A stretch of 57,201 nt of DNA, filler included, from Sphacelaria rigidula (lineage: Eukaryota): assembly GCA_964200075.2 (NCBI GenBank). It is 7 parts of 7 records of this genome, joined end to end, with 100 filler letters (N's around TTAATTAATTAA, not from the genome) between each part and the next. Parts side by side here need not be neighbours in the genome. Positions count along the whole stretch, not along the records: positions 32,747 to 40,831 come from CAXNAA020012356.1; positions 40,932 to 49,016 come from CAXNAA020012357.1; positions 49,117 to 57,201 come from CAXNAA020012358.1; 4 more parts are not named here. One strand, 5' to 3'. A program made the translations under genes and the position numbers. The notes under the pieces were generated by a model. It did no database searches, was not told the origin of the DNA, and saw nothing but the letters and a program-made list of their open reading frames with translations. Below, piece by piece: positions 37,934 to 49,479 of this stretch (position 1 is its first letter; every line of letters starts with the position of its first letter).

Positions 37934-40831
37934 GGCAGGGGCAGCGGCGTCAGCAGGGGTCCGGTTCTGGGTTCGGTTCAGCCGCAGGGGCTGCTGCTCC
38001 GCAACGGACGGTGCAGGTGAGCCCGACCTCTCTAGTGTCGGGCTCGGTGCCGGCGCCGCCGGCAGCAGAGCAAGGCGAGACGTCGGCTGCGGAGCCGGCC
38101 GGTTTTCAGCTGAAATTTGAATCCGTTGCTGCGCCGGCCGGGGTACCGCTGCAATTTGGTTCTGCGGGCGGGACTTCGTACCCGCCGGCGATGCCGGTGA
38201 CCCCAGCGGGGGCGTTTATGCCCGCGCCGCGCGCGCAGCCGTGGCGCCAAGTGGGGATCACGACCAATCAGTCGGCGGAGCAGGTGCCGGTCGAGGACCA
38301 AGACAATTATGTACCTGCCGAGTTATATCTCCCCGATCAACGGACGTGGGGAGCTATACCGGTCAAAGCGGTGTTGGATTCTGGCGTCCACTTCACGAGC
38401 GTGTCGGTGCTTATTGCGGAGATGCTGGAGTGTCTACTCCTCGGTGAGAAAACCCGAATTCCGTTCTCGCTCGGGGCGCGGTAGACCATCACCGCATCTG
38501 GACAACGTATAAATGTGACGGAGCGTACGATTCCCCTACAGTCGGCGTTCCTGACTACCTGGAGGCCGGCAAAATTACCCCCAATACCGTTTGCGATCAT
38601 ACCGGGGACGGATGGTGTCGTTCTGTTGGGCCTACCGACGCTTCGGGGACTCGGAGTCGATCCATATAATCGGTTGTTGGAGTCCCTGAAAACGAAAATG
38701 CCGTCGCCCGGTTCGAGTGTCGAGACGCCTACTTTTTTGGCCAGTCCCCGAGTGTTCTTGTCGGTTGATGCTCTCCAGGAGGCGGGGGGGCAGGTGTCCG
38801 AGGAGCGTGATTAGGCGGTGGCACGCTTGGTAGAGCGTGGCCCGGAGATAGTTATTGATCCGGCGGATGAGGAGTCCGCTCGGAAAGTCGCGCTGGAGGA
38901 GAGCGTGACGGATGCTGGGGCGAAAAACCTCAGCGTCTCAAAAGCGGAGCGCCTGCGCGGTAAATTGCGTTGCCGTGTCAACGCGTTCCGTCGTGCGCTG
39001 CGGGGTGATCCCCCTGCGCGCGTGGAGCCGATGCGTGTTCAGCAAAAACCTGGGGCGTCCGTGGTGAAGACGAAGCCGCGGCGGTACGATCCAGTGAAGC
39101 CGAGTTGGTTGGCATTGTGCATGGCGGCTCTTCTGGCGCTCGGGTTGGTGTTACGGAATTTTCAGGCGGGGTGGTCCAGTCCGGATAGTAGTGCGTTTCC
39201 GAAGAAGGCTGCATCGTGGACGGAGGGCAGGCTGCAGGCGTGGGCGGCAGAGAAGGATCTGGTGGCAGATGCAGTAACGCTGCTCCATCCTCGTCCAGAT
39301 TGTCAGGTGTCAATGTTTCTAGGTGCATTTGAGTGTCATTGGGGTAGTTTTGTAACGCAGGTGCCTGATGCAGAAATGCAACAACGATTGCCGGTTGAAG
39401 ACTTGACGCATGAACCGCTGGCTTTTCTGAGTGGTACTTTCGAGGGTTCACAGATGCGGTGGGGAACAATTGACAAGGATGGTTTTGCTATCGTGAGCAC
39501 TTTTCGTCGTGTTGAGCATCTATTGTGGGATGGCATACACATTTTCACGGATCACCGAAATCTAGCGTACATTTTCAACCCGGAGGCATGCGTGACGTCT
39601 GTGTCGAAAGCGTTGGCACAGCGATTGGAGGGGTGGAAAGGAGTATCAGGACAGTATCGGTAAACGATTTGTCATATTTCGGGTGAGCGTAATGCGTGGG
39701 GTGACTTGCTGTCGCGCTGGGTAAATATTCCCACTTTGCCTGCGCGCGCTGTAGATGTGTATGGTCCGTGTGAACCTGATGACTCGATGCCCTCCAAATC
39801 TGTTGTCCGCCAAGCGCAACGAAAAGACCTTGGGGCCGAAGATGCGGATGTGCAATCTTTCGAGTCGGACGTTGGTACTGCTATCTTGGACAATGAAGGT
39901 CTGTTTCGTGTGCATGTGCGTGGCCGAAACGTTTTGTGAATTTCGAGTTCTGACAAGCAGTTGCAGGTACGTTTGATGATTTGCGCGCACATACGCGACG
40001 ACGGGAATCGTGGTGTGGCTGTGACGCTCGTGCGCTTGCAAGACTTTTGTGTCTGGCAGGGGATAGAAACTCAATGTGCGCGAATTTGTCCGCCAGTGTC
40101 TTCACTGTGCTGACTCGAGGGCGGGCGANNNNNNNNNCCATGGGACCACGCGGAATGAACTCGTTCATTTTGACTTCTTGCACGTGGGCGATAGTGGCCC
40201 GCTAGCTTCCCAAGGTTTGTCGGAGGATGCTGGGTTCCGATACATATTGGTCATCATGGATGATTTGAGCAACTTTGTGGCTGTGGAACCAGTAGCAGTG
40301 CGTGACTGCTGAATCAACTGCTGCGTCTTTGCTGGATTGGTGCAAAACTTCGGAGGTGCCGTGTGTGTGGGTGAGTGATACCGCCACGCATTCCAAGAAT
40401 GCCATCTTGGTCCGATTGCGAGACGCTTTGCGCGTTGATCACCAGTTCACGGTAGCGTATTCTCCGTGGTCTAACGGTACGTGCGAACGCATGATCAAGG
40501 AAGTAGTTCGTGCGCTTCGCTCTTTTTTTTTCGAGCAGCGTAGAACAGTTCCCGAGTGGATGGACGTGTTGCTGGCGGTGCAATGGGCGCTTCATACAGC
40601 GTATCGTCGTCGTTAGGATAGTACGCCATACCGCGTGATGTTTGGTCGTGCCCCTCGAACGTCTTTCCCGGTGCTGGCGTCTTCGTCGGCGGGGAAATGA
40701 AAGTGTGATGTTTTGGACGATGTTAAAATTACGAGTGCATTGCAAGGAGTCTTGGACTTGCAAGAACGCTTCCATGTTCAAGTGCAGGAGCAACAACGTT
40801 TTCGTGAAATTGAGAGTTGAAGGTACGATTG
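36966..40831 (+). mobile_element. Ty3/gypsy LTR retrotransposon gag-pol, degenerate, RT core deleted
   Basis: Gag with zinc knuckle CFQCSQVGHIARKC (~37725-37770), protease VKAVLDSG (~38360-38385), RT N-terminus (PPARVEPMRV...WSSP), RNase H (EPLAFLSGTF..SQMRW...FAIV...IFTDHRNLAYIF) and integrase (H..CLHC, VHFDFL, WVSDTATH, SNGTCERMIKEV). The order PR-RT-RH-IN is gypsy-type. Many stops. Confidence 0.93.
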
Positions 40832-40989
40832 NNNNNNNNNNNNNNNNNNNNNNNNNNNNNNNNNNNNNNNNNNNNTTAATTAATTAANNNNNNNNNNNNN
40901 NNNNNNNNNNNNNNNNNNNNNNNNNNNNNNNGGGGTTTCTCATTTGTTGCTTGCCTTAGTCGTTTGACCATTGACCACGCAGCCCTTCC

Positions 40990-41330
40990 GAGACGGAGCA
41001 CCGTATATATTCCAACGCCTAGACAATACAATATATTTCCAATATATATATTAGTCGATCATACTGGAATTTTGCGATATATTGCCGGCGTAATATGTAT
41101 TGGTACTCTTGGACTGCAAACGTATTGCGCGCCCAATATATATTGATGTCGTTCGACTGCATACATATTGCCCGCCCAATATATATTAGGGCAGCGTGGG
41201 GGATAGCATATTGGACGACCAATATATATTAGGGTCGCATTGATGAAAACATATTGACCAGTCGATATACATTGGGTCTGCGTGGGTGCTAATGTGTTGG
41301 CCGGTCAGTATATATTATGGATATTATAAT
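40990..41330. repeat. Degenerate AT-rich minisatellite (caatatatattag-type motifs)
   Basis: Recurrent ccaatatatattagggc/atattg motifs at irregular ~40-60 bp spacing. Confidence 0.55.
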
Positions 41331-41439
41331 TATGGTGTATGCTTCAAGAAAGGTCCAGACGCGATGGATGCCGGAGCCCGTCCAAATTGGGAAAAGCTTC
41401 ACAGGGAGCCGCAGAAGTTCGCATGCATTACTACGGAGA

Positions 41440-41601
41440 AGTGTTGACCCCTCTCGCGATTAAAAAAAAAAACGCAAGCACCGCAGAAGGACGGAAGAGT
41501 ACCGAAAAAAAAAAACGTGTTAGCCTTCCTCATGTGTGACCGCGGCTGGTGCGCCCACATACTGAACGGTGTAGACCGGCCTCCAGCATAGATGGGACAA
41601 C

Positions 41602-41656
<55 letters not shown>
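41440..41656 (+). mobile_element. tRNA-derived SINE, 3' half with long (CA)n tail
   Basis: gcaagcaccgcagaagga...gtgtgaccgcggctggtgcgcccacata...tccagcatagatgggacaacga followed by (CA)n at ~41603-41656. Confidence 0.8.
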
Positions 41657-41658
<2 letters not shown>

Positions 41659-42309
41659 GTGAACAAAAAGGGGAAGGATATAATGTTTCAGCAGAGAGCA
41701 GGGTGTGCCCTTCTGGCTTGTTTACAGAAAAGGGTACTCTCACAGGCGGCCCATTTCCGCGCCGTAGATAAGCCTAGTATCACGTGTGAAAATATAACAA
41801 AATGGTTGCGCACGCTGCCCAGAAACCTTAGGCGTGGTATTGAGGCACTGGAGTGTGTTTTCAAGGTGTTCAGACCGCGTGCAGCGCTGCGCCCCATACT
41901 GAAAAATGAGTAACCCGTTCTTGACCCAGAAGCACAATAGTATACCCCTTTTTGTATATTGCCCTAGGTTCAATGTTCTGATATCGCTGTGCGCAAAAGG
42001 GCGGAACGATGCTGCTGGCGGTGGAAGTCCCATCTCAGTTTCTCATGGACGAGATCAGCAATCCCCCGCCCCGACGCGTCTCCGGGCGCTCTACTGATGA
42101 AATCAAACCCTATAACGGTAGGGTTTGTGCCCAGATCCGCATGTAACCGTGGTCGTTGAACTCATCCTGCTGCTTTGCCTGTTAGTGGTTCTGCGTCAAG
42201 GTGAATCTGTAAACATGTGTGCACTGCTCCACTTCCCTCTGTGTCTTGCACCAAAGTTGAATGTTCACTGGCGGTAGCCTCTGTCGTGATGCTAATCGAA
42301 GAATCCTGT

Positions 42310-42700
42310 TTGCTCATATCGATTGTTGATCATGTCCTTAGTCTGTGGCTCTGCGGTGTCCACTAGTGTTTGTCTGTATCTACTCTGCTGCCCTGAATCC
42401 CTAGGGCGTTTCGTCGGGGGGGGGGGGGTTGCTCTTTTAATTTCTCTTCCTTTCCTTTTTTTGTTCTAGATCGGCCATTCCTTTCTGTTTTTTGTTGTTT
42501 TTTACCTTTTGATTTTTTTTCACGTCGTAGTAGACTATGTCGTTCTGTTCAACTTCTTCTTCTGTTCCTTCTTTTTTCTCAGCGAGTGTTCCAGTTTTGT
42601 TTTTTTCTTGGGTATGTCCATCATGTGACCACGACTGGATCATGACTACCTGGGGGGTCACTCAAAATGCGACAATCGATCAATCACCAATCAATAGATC
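42310..42700 (+). mobile_element. 5'-truncated 3' end of the RTE LINE family
   Basis: tcatatcgattgttgatcatgtccttagtctgtggctctgcggtgtccactagtg...tgtatctactctgctgccctgaatc closely matches 57116-57201. It continues through a T-rich tract to an (AATC)-like tail. Confidence 0.85.
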
Positions 42701-42714
42701 AGCGTGTAATTAAC

Positions 42715-43375
42715 GCCCCGTCGCCACCTCGCTGCAACCCACAACTCTCCCTCGCGAGAAGTATCATTCCAGTGTTGCGCATGTGTCGTCGTGTTTCGAA
42801 TTATTATTTGCATTCATCTTTCACTCAGGTCGAACTTACAACGGCCGGGCGCGTACCTCGATCTGCAACTGTGCTCGTAGAATTCGTCTGTTTCCTTTGC
42901 GTCCGGCAGACGTGCTACGTCAAGGTGGATCTGAGCACAAGTGCGCCCGGCCCCTACATCTCTCTCTTGACTCGAACCAAGTACGATGCCCACGGGCGAT
43001 GATCTCTAGCTTGATGCCAAGGAGATTGCTTACGTTCCCAGCGCTCCGGCGTTGCGACGGGCAACACTCCCTTGCGAGAAATATATTTCATGTTATTGAT
43101 TGCTTTTACTAAGCTCGATCGCACAACGACCGGGCTTGTGCCCCGATCCGCAAGGTAACTGTGCTAGCTGAACTCGCCTGGTTGCGCTGCGTCTGTCTGA
43201 GTATAAGTACGCACCCTCCCCACATCCCTGCTCTTGACTCCAACCAAGTTCGATGCTCACGAGCGATGGTCTCTGATGGGATATGCTAATCAGCTTCGTT
43301 AATGTCCCAGCGCCTCGGCGCTGCGACCAGCAACTCTCCGTCGCGCGAAATATCTTCAATGCTGGTGCATGCGTC
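42715..43375. repeat. Diverged ~270-320-bp tandem repeat (~2.2 units)
   Basis: caac.ctcc.t.gcg.gaa.tat occurs at ~42742, ~43062 and ~43331, and ctcttgactc.aaccaagt.cgatgc.cacg.gcgatg.tctct occurs at ~42964 and ~43231. Confidence 0.7.
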
Positions 43376-45174
43376 GTCGTGTAATAATACTGGTTATAAG
43401 TAGTATGAATGTTTTACTCACTTCCATCCGCGCCTCGCTCTTTTACTCACTCTGCACACCTTCCTTGAATCTCAGCTACACACTGTGACATACCCGCCGC
43501 GCGGTCTGCGTGCAAAAAAACATATAGCATACCCTCACCACCCCCGTATCTCCCACGCCACTCTTTGAATATCAACTCAGATTCGCCCTCTTTCGAGGGG
43601 TGCTGCTCTCTCCCCCCACTTATACTTGCCACGCCACTTGCTACGCTGCCGCCCCTTACCCAATCCGTACATAATCATGATTCATTATGCCCCTTCCACC
43701 TACTGGCTTATCGCTCGCCTCTGCGTTCAAACCCCTGCACTCGTCCATGCTACCGCTGCGCTTTTACCACGCTCTGCCTTTTTTGCCGTAGCACATACAT
43801 GTCGCTATCCGCCCTTTCTCACTCTTTGCTGCCTGCGCACAGACGTTCCCCGCCCGCTCACATAAATCCCACATGCCCTCGCTCTCGCCCCCCCCAATGA
43901 TTAGACACCCGTGATGCAGTGTGTAACCCGTGGCTGTCTCAGGAAGTGGCGATACCAGAAATTAAAGCAACTCATTGGAGGCTGATCCAAATGCAATATA
44001 ACGAATATGCTTCGGGTCGAACGATCTTAGCAGGATGCAGCTCACCCTTTAGGCGACTCGCCGAACATGTCACGGCGCTCTGCGCTTGGCGATTGATTGC
44101 GAGCCCGGACGAGCGAAAACCCGGCGTGCTCCGTCCCAGGTTCGTGGGGATGCGAGATCAATGGTCCTATGACTACGGCATGCAAGAGTATGTGTACACC
44201 CCACCGCGCACGCGCTCTGCTCCGTCCCGAAAGGGATGCGTGGTCAGTGTTTAAACGGCTAAGGTAAGCAACAAATGAGTGCGCGCCTCGCGCGCGCTGC
44301 TGCTTCTCCGCTATCATGGGGCCTACGACACTTCGACACTACCCTCCTCTTTTTACATATCAAAGCATGCTACGTGTTCAACGAGTACGCCTGCAGCGTA
44401 ACCTGCTTAAATACACCCTCTCCCGTTTCTTGCTTCCCCGTTCGTTCCTGTCTCACCCATTAGACGTGCATGCAAGGTACCGTATACATACATATGCACC
44501 CTCTTATTCATTTTTTCTTCTTTTGCACAGTGCCCCTTACTTTTACCACCCCCACGGGCATTTATGCCACGCACTAGGCTGATGCTGGCGAGGTAACCGA
44601 CCCTGAGGTGACGGGAATACGATTCATATTTTGGGTTAAGAGCTTCCAAGAAGACAACGTAGCAACAGGCAGCGAGCGGATGGGGAAGGCAGTAGCGGTA
44701 GTACGACGGGAGCATCCTCGGGTGAAGCGCGGGAAGGCAGACGGGGGAAAGGTCACAGCTTCAGCTTACACCAGCCTAACTCTGTGAGGTGGACGCCGTG
44801 GGGGTTTTGCTGGTTGAAACATCAATGCACGAGCTTCCTTGCATGATAGACGGCCCGGTAGTCGGCGGGAAAGTGGTGGAGTTGGCGCGGGTGCTGTTCA
44901 GCACCGGGGTTTCTCTCGAGAAACACGCACGAGAGGCAATAAAGTTGGATGATGCCCTTGTCCCGTTCACGAAAGGCGTACAAACATGTATGGTTTCAGA
45001 CAGCATGCCCAAGATATCGCCGCAGCGCGAACAGACGCGTCTGTAGCCAACCGGCAGCTGTCGGCCTTCAGGTAATATGAAATAGCCGTTTGCGTTCTGT
45101 TCCGTATGTGGCAGCTCGTTGAACCGTTTGCCAACGCTCGCGCGGTGTGTTCATCACTCCGCAGAGGTCTCGAG

Positions 45175-45340
45175 TCTCCAGGCGATAGAAAGAGGTGGAA
45201 ATAATCGTGGGCTGTTGTGTCTCCAGGCCCGTAGAAAGAGGTGACGAGGAGCGTGGCCTCTTGGGTCTCCAGGCCGTAGAAAGAGGTGAAGATAAGCGTG
45301 GGCTCTTGCGTCTCCAGGCTGCAGAAAAAGGTAAAAATAA
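45175..45340. repeat. ~45-bp minisatellite (~3.7 units)
   Basis: tctccaggc..tagaaagaggtg at ~45175, 45220, 45266 and 45311. Confidence 0.85.
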
Positions 45341-45957
45341 GGGTTGGAGAACTACTTCGTCCATTCGATTGCGTGTCATGCCGCGGGTTGAACGGTGGCT
45401 ATGAAAGGCCCATTTTGGCCAAATAAAAGTACACTTTGGACACAATATGAGACAGCATAAGACACAGTCAGGTACAAGATAAGCTTAGCACCTACCCCAC
45501 CGGCGGACAAAATGGGGGTACTCTGCGACACCCTTGTTTCCCGCGGCGCTGCTCGGCCGTGAAATTGCGCTTCTTTTCGCGAACGTTGGTGTATATGCTT
45601 TGCATGGGCTGTGGGCGCCTTGCCTTCGCTTGGGAGTTGATTTCTGAGTGGTTTGGGCCTTATACGGAAAGCTCCAACTTGCGCGGTTACCTGTACCCAC
45701 GTTCGGGCTGAAATAGGTGAGAATGTACCCACCTTTGTCTTTTGCCCTCTAGATTGTTTTTGAAACGCCGTCAGATATCGCCTTTGGTTCTAGAACAATT
45801 GGGGAATCGTTGTCAGATACTGCATATACTTTAGAGCAATTTCCCTCAACGTTGTCAGATGATCGATTCGTGTAGAACAAGGCGTGTTCTAGAACAAACA
45901 CCTGAAACAGCACGCAGGATCTGTTCTGTTATGTCTGACGTGCGTAGTGCATGTTGT

Positions 45958-46290
45958 TCTGAACACCAGTCTACACCGTTCGGTATATGTGGGCTCATCA
46001 GCCGGGGTCACTCAGGAGGAAGGCCAGCGAACGAGTTTCTTATTTTGTTTTAGCACTCCGCCTTCCTTCTGCCGTGCTTGCTTCATTATAAATTGCGAGA
46101 GGGGTTCAGCAGTCTCTCTCCCTCGTCGACCGTGAGTCGAACTTTGTGTACCCACGTCGTAGTGTCTCTCCATTCTTGGGTATTGTGTGAGAGAAAATCC
46201 TGGATCGTGTGACTTGAACGAGATTCAAACCCACAACCCAACCGTCAAAAGGGTTCGGTTCGATAATACCAACTGAGCCACTGGCTCAGT
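45958..46290 (-). mobile_element. tRNA-derived SINE copy
   Basis: tatgtgggctcatcagccggggtcactcaggaggaagg...ccctcgtcgaccgtgagtcgaactttgtgtacccacg...gagattcaaacccacaacccaaccgtcaaaagg...taccaactgagccac. Confidence 0.8.
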
Positions 46291-47454
46291 CAATACCAAC
46301 TGAGCCACTGGCTCGGTACTTCCTATTAGCGCTTTGAGCTCAAAGATGATGTTTGCCCTCCGGCGGTTGTGGGGTGTACTCATGATCATGCATGCCATAG
46401 TCATCAGACCATTGTGGGGGAGGGGGGAGCATGGTATCCAAAATTCCCGTCCACGATCACCCCCGTGTGTGGAGTTTATCGTCACTTGCACATACGGGTG
46501 AATGATTCAACACCATAGTCAGCACAGAAGTGGACCCTTGATAAGATGGCACCTAGTACGGCGCGGGTAACAGATGGAGCGGCTGTTGTCGACTTGCAGC
46601 ACATTTTCCCCCAAAACGCGGGTATTGTTTGTGTCAATTATCACTCACCTTGTTGCGACACAAGGGGAGTTTTTCACAGACCCCGGCCAAAAAGTCGTTT
46701 CCTTGTTTATCCCGTCGCGTGGAGTTATGTGCGGGGGGGGGGGGGGGGGTTTTCCAGTTGTGAAATAGGGGGTTGGTGAAGGTGCCCCTATTCTTTGCTC
46801 GTTCTGTGTAGTGTCTCAGACTATTCCTGTCATTTTCGTCTCCCTCAGTTACGAGGAATGCGCTAGTTTGCTTGCTTTGATTATCATTCACCAGGTGTTT
46901 TTTGTTTTCTTGGCCCCTTCTTTTTGGGATTCAGTGTATTATTGTGCGACTGGACCATCACTGACTCTTTGGTAAGAAACAAACCCGAAAATGTCGAAAA
47001 CATCCTCATCGTCATTTGGGCCCGTTCTAACGAGACCAGAAAAATGAGGAAGCGGCGTGAGAGGCAATGATTCTAGCGGTTTGGGATGTTTGTTTCGGTG
47101 ACCTCGATTGGTCGTGAGTTGATGCCAGATTATCATCGTCCCCAAGATCACTCTAACGAAACTCAACCATTCGGGGCTTAATTTTAGTGGGAGCGGATGA
47201 AAAGTCGCGTGAGAGTGCGAAGAGTAACGTCACATGGCTGCAAAGCGTGGACTGTTCGGCTCTTCATGGGGCGCACAGCTGGCTATCCCATCACCAGCAG
47301 TAGCTACGCGTGGGATACACGCTCGACGTGCACAGCTCTAGAGAGATGTGCACAACTATATCTCCCAGAAATTCGCCGAGCAAGCAAACATGGATTCATC
47401 GACGGATAGTACGGACCGGCGATTCCCAGCAGGAGGGCAATCGCGCGCAAGGTG

Positions 47455-47860
47455 TGTGGACGTTGTTGCACTATCGAAACATCGACCGTCTCTTGCACAA
47501 GGAAGAGCAGCAGCAGCAGCAGTATCGACATGCGCTGATTCCGCCCCACCCTCAACCCAACCGCGCACATCTGCTGGAAGTAAAGATGCTGCTGTTACTG
47601 CTTCTCCTTCTTCTCGTGGGGGAGGCAGTCCGCGCGTTGTCCTGCGACAGCGTTTTTACACCGTGCGCGTGATCGCCGCCCTGCATATCGCTGGTTTGTT
47701 AGCGTGTTGTTATCGTCACTGCATTTTCAGTGCGTATCACTTCTTGCCCCATCGATAGGAATAGCGCCTAATTTCTTGTGATAATGAAGTTGTGAACCGT
47801 CATTTCGTCATTTCACCATCACTCTCACGAAACCACTCTCACTGTTTCTTGTTTCGTCAA
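47455..47860 (+). mobile_element. Dispersed repeat, same family as 23560-23990
   Basis: Colinear similarity over ~400 bp, including a CAG-type microsatellite at the same internal position. Confidence 0.65.
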
Positions 47861-49479
47861 CACAGCATCACCGCTCGTTCCACAAAAATAGCTCGCGGTT
47901 GCGCCCCTTCGCTCTGGTGGGCAGCGGTCAACGCGCGGCTTGACGAAGCACTTGACTCTCCAAGCTATTCAGACTTTCGTCCCGCACAGCCAACAGGAGA
48001 ACCTCACGTACGTCGCAGGTCGTTTAAACTATTCCATTAAGTACTGGCTTGTAAAGCGATACAGTACAGCGATAAATGTTTCAGGCCGCTTCAAAACCAC
48101 GTTAGATCCACTTTAATGGCAAACAAATCTCGGTTTTTTGGGACCCCAATTTCGAAAAAAACGGAGGGACTCAAATTCGTGAACTCAAAATCGGGGGGAC
48201 TGTTTTATGGCACAGACAGTACAGTATCACAGATTTGTGAAACGGTCTGTACACATACGGTCATTTTTTTCTTTCGTGGTGCTGCATACTCGTGCATGAA
48301 GCCGAAGAGCAGGCAGGCGGTAGACAATCCATCGAGTACAGCGTCATACCTTGATACCCTACGATAATACAGGGCAGGACACTTCATCAGTGCAGTACAT
48401 AATAATGCCGTGCGGTAGTACATGATGGCGCAGTCACTATTGCGAGAACAGAGAACGAACAATGAGCGAGCAGAGTTTAGTAGTGCAGTGCCGTACATCA
48501 CCCCTCAAGTACAGCGACAACAGCTGGGAGAGTACAGTAGCGTTCGTTATAGTGATACATACGGCAGCGCAGCGCAGCATAAAATATTCCAATCGCCGCA
48601 GGGCACGGCGTCAGCACTTTTTGTCCGCTTGTCAAACCCCGTGCGAAGTTGCTTCAGCAGCTGCGGCGGGCAGTAGGCATACCCTGTGCTGTCACGAGAC
48701 TATCTCCTGCTGCCGTTGCAAAAATATCAAACGCATCGTACTCTGGCAGTGTACGTCAATGCGTGTACGTCACCTGAAAAAAATCGGGGCAAACCGTTCC
48801 GAGATCGTGACCCCCCGATTTTTTCGCCCCCGATTGGGTCCAAATCATTGTCCAAAAATGCGCTCCCCGATTTTTTGTCCCCCCGATTTTGAAAAAATCG
48901 GATTCGTGCCTGCCATAAAAGTGGGTCTCAGGTTGCAGATGGAAATATACAACGGCTGCACTAAAATCGATGCGGAGGAGTCAGTGTTGTGAACCGAAAA
49001 CCGAAAATTCGGTTTTNNNNNNNNNNNNNNNNNNNNNNNNNNNNNNNNNNNNNNNNNNNNTTAATTAATTAANNNNNNNNNNNNNNNNNNNNNNNNNNNN
49101 NNNNNNNNNNNNNNNNTATGAGACCGATTGAACTACAGGAGACCTACTTGTACTGGAATCAGTCCCCGCGTGTGACCTCTCCATAATTCTCGAGAATTGA
49201 ACAAAAGGCTGCTGATGATCTCTCAGATTTCATTGCTCTGCGACAGTTGCAGAGACAGGAAAAAAAACAGCGATGGTCCGAAACTGTTTGAGACACTGTT
49301 TTGGTGAAGAAGTGAGACTCTCCGTCCAGAGTAGTCACGCCCCAACGGAAGCAAACGTGTCGTACGGCATGAGGGAATTTACTGTCACTCATGACAAGTT
49401 AAATTGAAAGTTCGTGCTCAATAGATCTTAGCCTCCGAATTAATGGTTGGCACATATTAAAACAATTGGCATCACACGG

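Noticed and set aside
44770..45060. Possible coding remnant
   Set aside because: Short frames on both strands with no motif I can recognise.
45175..45340. ~45-bp repeats with variable halves as a mini-CRISPR
   Set aside because: The variable parts are similar to each other, so this is an ordinary minisatellite.
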